Assembly: GCA_040377305.1 (NCBI GenBank)
Contig: JBEIPA010000001.1
Location: 1-64,000, forward strand
Direction of reading: 5' to 3'
Length of the DNA: 64,000 bases
Source: Flavobacteriales bacterium
GTDB lineage: Bacteria; Bacteroidota; Bacteroidia; Palsa-965
Shown here: positions 60,412-64,000 of the stretch, piece by piece
How the letters are laid out: every line of letters starts with the position of its first letter
Position numbering within the stretch: the stretch's first letter is position 1
The notes under the pieces: generated by a model
Database searches by the model: none
Told to the model about the DNA's origin: nothing
What the model saw: only the letters and a program-made list of their open reading frames with translations
Position numbers and translations under genes: made by a program

Positions 60412-60714
60412 TTACTGTGTTTCGATGATCTGATTCGCTTCATTACGAAGGCGTGTGCGTTGTTTAATGTCGTCACTAAGATCTTCGTAAGAACCATTCC
60501 GATTAACCGGCTTCACACTCGACTGTGTTTGCGTATTGCCTGAAACAGGTTCGATTGACTCTGCTGGCGCAACTTCGATCGGAGCAATTGTGATGATGTC
60601 TTTCGTTTCAGATGCACTGCGTTCTTTCAGCGATGCATACGAAACAGCGGCTCCTCCAACGAAGAGTGCCAACACGCCAACAACCATTACGGGTTTAGGG
60701 ATAGATAATCTCAT
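60412..60714 (-). CDS. Small membrane-anchored hypothetical protein
   Basis: 100-aa ORF with an N-terminal TM helix, 14 bp upstream of the T9SS cargo gene. Confidence 0.55.
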   Translation of the reverse strand: MRLSIPKPVMVVGVLALFVGGAAVSYASLKERSASETKDIITIAPIEVAPAESIEPVSGNTQTQSSVKPVNRNGSYEDLSDDIKQRTRLRNEANQIIETQ

Positions 60715-61079
60715 GTTATTATTTTCTTAATTACACTGCAGATCGACTGGAACGGCAGTATGAATTTCTGTTGCCTGAATGGCCTAGGTACAGAACCTAT
60801 TCCATCCCCACTAAATTACGACAGAAAGCGCTCCCTCACAATAGAATAACGCGATTTTTCAAAGGAGAGTTACAGACAGGTTGTAAACACAAGAATTTGT
60901 TGCATTTACAACCGGATTAGCACAAAATGCCTTGACAGTAGCTGGTCCGGAATCAGTTTTGGAGGAAAATGGGGGGCTGAATGGAGGGTTGACCGGTTTT
61001 ATCCCGATGAAGTGTATGCGTGTAGGTCCACGTGGAGGACATTCAGGGAGCACGTTTGGTTTGCCGGAAACCGTGTTTT

Positions 61080-61436
61080 CTATTGGGCGACGACCTTCTG
61101 AGGAGCGTAATAAAAGTCAGGTTCACTTACGATCCAGTCGTCCTGACCCCAATTGGATTCCGGATTCCGAGCGGTGTGAATGAGCGCGTAAACGTGCACG
61201 ACTTTTTTCTCTTCATCTATTCCAATATGAAACATGTAGGGGAATCCTTTAATCGGAACGCATCTTATCTGATCATAACGCCGTTGAGCGAATGGACTTC
61301 TTTCTAATAAAGAAAGGTGCTCAAAAACAGCCGCCTCAAATCTGTCACCCAACCCTACCTGCTCCGATTCGTACCAGATTACATGCTTGAGAAGTTGGTC
61401 CCACGCCATCTGAGATACAATAACCGTAAAGTTCAT
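61080..61436 (-). CDS. RelE/ParE-family toxin
   Basis: WYESEQVGLGDRF..IRCVPIKGFPY..VYALIHTARNP motif. Confidence 0.82.
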   Translation of the reverse strand: MNFTVIVSQMAWDQLLKHVIWYESEQVGLGDRFEAAVFEHLSLLERSPFAQRRYDQIRCVPIKGFPYMFHIGIDEEKKVVHVYALIHTARNPESNWGQDDWIVSEPDFYYAPQKVVAQ

Positions 61437-61663
61437 TTTTTGCTTTTGAAGTCGTTGAGTTTATTCCGCACGTCATCCATCACCTCACGCCAAGGCTTAT
61501 AATCCTCCGGCTTAGTGGTAGCAATCACATTCCGCACAAAATTCTTGTCGGCTTCGGGAATTTCATAATCCGATTCTGATTTCCGTTCAATTCCAAGATT
61601 ACGCAACGCTTCCTCAAAAGCTATCATCTTCTCATTGGGTACATCTACGACAATACGGTTCAT
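61433..61663 (-). CDS. Putative antitoxin (addiction-module component)
   Basis: 76 aa, upstream of the toxin with ATGA overlap; YEIPE..KPWREV pattern. Confidence 0.7.
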   Translation of the reverse strand: MNRIVVDVPNEKMIAFEEALRNLGIERKSESDYEIPEADKNFVRNVIATTKPEDYKPWREVMDDVRNKLNDFKSKK

Positions 61664-61889
61664 GCAAAAGGGTTTAGATCAAACTTACGGAATCCACATG
61701 CCGAAGTCAATAATTTGCTCTGATATAAATAGGGGCCCACGAGCGAATACGGAAACGGATTACACCTCGTAGCACGCAATAGTAGGGGAAACTGTGATAC
61801 ATTCAAGAGTTGAGTTGAACAGGTAGTGAAGATGTTTTTTTAGTGGGCCGGAAATTACCGAGAGGTGGTTTCCGGCTTTTGATTGCTGG

Positions 61890-62025
61890 AAATGCAGAGA
61901 ATGAAACTCTTCTATACGCCGACGATGGTTTTCCTTATGGAATTCTTGTTGATCCGAATGGAAATATTGTGGCGTTTAATGTGAGACCGGAAACAGTGGT
62001 GGAGATGATTGCAGGAGAGAAATAA
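61890..62025 (+). pseudogene. Remnant C-terminus of a TlpA/thioredoxin-like gene
   Basis: GFPYGILVDPNGNIVAFNVRP resembles the TlpA cis-Pro segment; no CxxC-containing N-terminus or long ORF upstream. Confidence 0.4.
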
Positions 62026-62034
62026 TTGTGTGAG

Positions 62035-62065
62035 AAAAAACTCACATGTTTTCACGAATGAGTTT
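62035..62065 (-). terminator. Terminator-like hairpin, direct-repeat copy 1
   Basis: aaaaaactcacatgttttcacgaatgagttt. Confidence 0.6.
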
Positions 62066-62174
62066 AGTGAAGGGTCAATCAGTTTGATTCGTGTAGATAT
62101 TATCTACGTGACGCCACTTTTGGATTGAATTGGCTTCGGCCTCTGAAATATGAGCGCACGTCCCTTATCAGTGT

Positions 62175-63587
62175 TCAATGCTCCTGTTGCACAGACTCCG
62201 CAATTGCGAACCACACAAAGGGCAATTGATTTATCTGACCAGTAATTGAATTCAGGTCTCCTCCAATTCCTTTAGGACCTGCGTACCATCCCCCGCCCTC
62301 CGTTTTAAAACCTCTCGTGTCCAAAATTTTCTTGAGTTCAGTTTTATCCTTTTCCTGGACCTTGCTTTCCTCGGTCATGAAATAAATCTTAATTCGACCG
62401 GTAAGCACAAGAGGATAACCTCGTATCGGTCCTATCACAGGCCCTGCCCAATCAACTTTATCAGTTGCAGCACGTAGCTGAAACAAAGCCGTATCACTAG
62501 CAGCATTAAATGCAAGTCCGTTCGCTTTTCTATACAACTGCACAGAATCGCCAGCACATTTCACCAGTCCCAGATCCTTTATAAATTGTTCAAAAGAGCT
62601 GTTGTTGCATTTATCGTTTTTCCTGATGCCGACATACTTATCATTCCTATCATAAGGAACTTGCATACCGTAGCTTGTGTAATACACAGGAACGCCTGAC
62701 CGGGCCAGATAATATCGCTGTATCATACTTCCAGAGCCATCAGTTCGCACTGTACGGGCCTGACCCGCATATCCACTCCTTTCGACCTTTATGGAATAAG
62801 TTTTAAACGGTGCCAGTTTGAATTCATAGTCGCCGTTCCCGTTATTCGCTACGATTGTGATAACATTATTAGACGACATCTCAGTTGCTGTGACAACAGC
62901 ACTTTGCAAGCTATCGTGTTCCAATGCACGAGTACTTTCATCATATAAATAAATCTGGACAACAACAGTTTGTTGATCGACCCGATTTGAATTAATGGGC
63001 GCACTCAGATTAGTGTCCCTTTTAATAAGGACAGGAGGATTTAGCGATTCAGTACGGTTCGTAATTTCAATAGCCTCCGGTCTAGGAGCAATTATTTCGT
63101 AGACACTATCACGCTTGTGCATGGCTAGAGAGAAGCGCAGACTATCCTTCTCATCAAAATATTTTGTCGCCAGACTTGAATACACATCAACCATCAGTTC
63201 ACTTAATCTGGCATCTTCCTCCGTGGATTCTTCTGCACTGTTTACAGCTCTAATTGCATCCGATTCAGCGCTGTTCAGGTAAAATAATTTTTCAGTTTTT
63301 GAAAGCGAGGGATACTTTGAAAGCAAAAGATTAGCCTCGACCATTCTCACCCAAAAAAACTTATGGACTCTGCAGTCAATATATTTGTCCGAAATTTCTG
63401 CCGAGTCCCGCACTGTTCGTAAGTGAACAAAGCTGGCATTTGATCGACCGAGTTTATGCTCGTCAACAGCACCGCGTATGTCAGCTGTGTTACATCCTGC
63501 AGGATGTGCAAGCGAGAAGGATGCGCACAAGGTCAGAATCCCCGTTAGAAGCAATAATCTATAGATCCCCATGGTGCCCATAATCAT
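62175..63587 (-). CDS. Secreted hypothetical protein with carboxypeptidase-regulatory-like domain
   Basis: Signal peptide; NGNGDYEFKL..YSIKVERSGY; AT-rich with codon usage unlike core genes. Confidence 0.6.
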   Translation of the reverse strand: MIMGTMGIYRLLLLTGILTLCASFSLAHPAGCNTADIRGAVDEHKLGRSNASFVHLRTVRDSAEISDKYIDCRVHKFFWVRMVEANLLLSKYPSLSKTEKLFYLNSAESDAIRAVNSAEESTEEDARLSELMVDVYSSLATKYFDEKDSLRFSLAMHKRDSVYEIIAPRPEAIEITNRTESLNPPVLIKRDTNLSAPINSNRVDQQTVVVQIYLYDESTRALEHDSLQSAVVTATEMSSNNVITIVANNGNGDYEFKLAPFKTYSIKVERSGYAGQARTVRTDGSGSMIQRYYLARSGVPVYYTSYGMQVPYDRNDKYVGIRKNDKCNNSSFEQFIKDLGLVKCAGDSVQLYRKANGLAFNAASDTALFQLRAATDKVDWAGPVIGPIRGYPLVLTGRIKIYFMTEESKVQEKDKTELKKILDTRGFKTEGGGWYAGPKGIGGDLNSITGQINQLPFVWFAIAESVQQEH

Positions 63588-63674
63588 TTTTTAATAAGAC
63601 GCAACAACAGCCGACATCCATAATTCATCAGGTATTAGGCCGCCCAATTTATCGCTTATGATACTCTTCAAAAC

Positions 63675-63705
63675 AAAAAACTCACCTGCTTTCACAAATG
63701 AGTTT
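63675..63705 (-). terminator. Citrate synthase terminator, direct-repeat copy 2
   Basis: aaaaaactcacctgctttcacaaatgagttt; 3 mismatches to 62035-62065. Confidence 0.65.
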
Positions 63706-63727
63706 TCCGAATTATTTTATGTGCCGG

Positions 63728-63748
63728 TTGTCAGACCGAGCGGAGTCG
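63728..63748 (-). repeat. REP-like 21-mer (copy 2)
   Basis: ttgtcagaccgagcggagtcg, just after the citrate synthase stop. Confidence 0.65.
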
Positions 63749-63751
63749 TGG

Positions 63752-64000
63752 TCACACCACCGCAATCCCAATCTTCTTCTTAATCCCTTCCGTCGTAATC
63801 GATCCCGGACGCTCAATAGGCGAACCTAATGCGCGATCCCAGATGAGTGATGCACACACACCGAGTGCGCGTGATACTCCGAAGAGAACGGTATAGAAAT
63901 CGAATTCCTTAATTCCGAAATGCATGAGCAATGCACCAGAGTGCGCGTCAACATTTGGCCAGGGATTTTTGATCTTGCCTGTTGATTCGAGAATTGGCGG
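63752..64000 (-). CDS. gltA: Citrate (Si)-synthase, eukaryote-type, 3' end (runs off window)
   Basis: Manual translation: [62 protein letters not shown]-stop. Not in the ORF track because the start lies outside the window. Confidence 0.9.
   Translation of the reverse strand, partial: PPILESTGKIKNPWPNVDAHSGALLMHFGIKEFDFYTVLFGVSRALGVCASLIWDRALGSPIERPGSITTEGIKKKIGIAVV

Overview
Chromosomal window from a Bacteroidota bacterium. The assignment is inferred from T9SS type A/B C-terminal signals, TAnnTTTG -7 promoter boxes, a TonB-dependent receptor and the hsdR_N-amn-holA gene order. Most of it is core/housekeeping: a fatty-acid beta-oxidation cluster (fadD-marR-fadN-fadA-fadE), ltaE, purE, an M3 peptidase, amn, holA, pyrG, an AddB-like nuclease, UbiD and the 3' end of a eukaryote-type citrate synthase. 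It also encodes many secreted or envelope proteins: two S8 proteases, two NIDO-PKD paralogs, a cleaved-adhesin/SprB protein, two M48 peptidases and several beta-barrels. I found no rRNA, tRNA, CRISPR array, integrase or transposase. The most notable features are: (1) an AT-rich two-gene cassette inside the fad cluster, encoding a 2TM-receiver protein and a soluble histidine-kinase-like protein, with no DNA-binding output domain; (2) a dense set of intergenic DNA elements, namely several 150-200 bp nested palindromes in paired families, REP-like motifs, and 7/8-bp microrepeat arrays that abut promoters or bracket terminators; (3) a probable 6S-Flavo RNA; (4) a 1.6 kb AT-rich gene bracketed by a duplicated terminator; (5) a cupredoxin whose axial Met appears replaced by Glu/Gln; (6) a PorV/PorQ-like barrel coupled to an HhH-barrel protein. 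All calls come from reading motifs by eye; no database searches were run.
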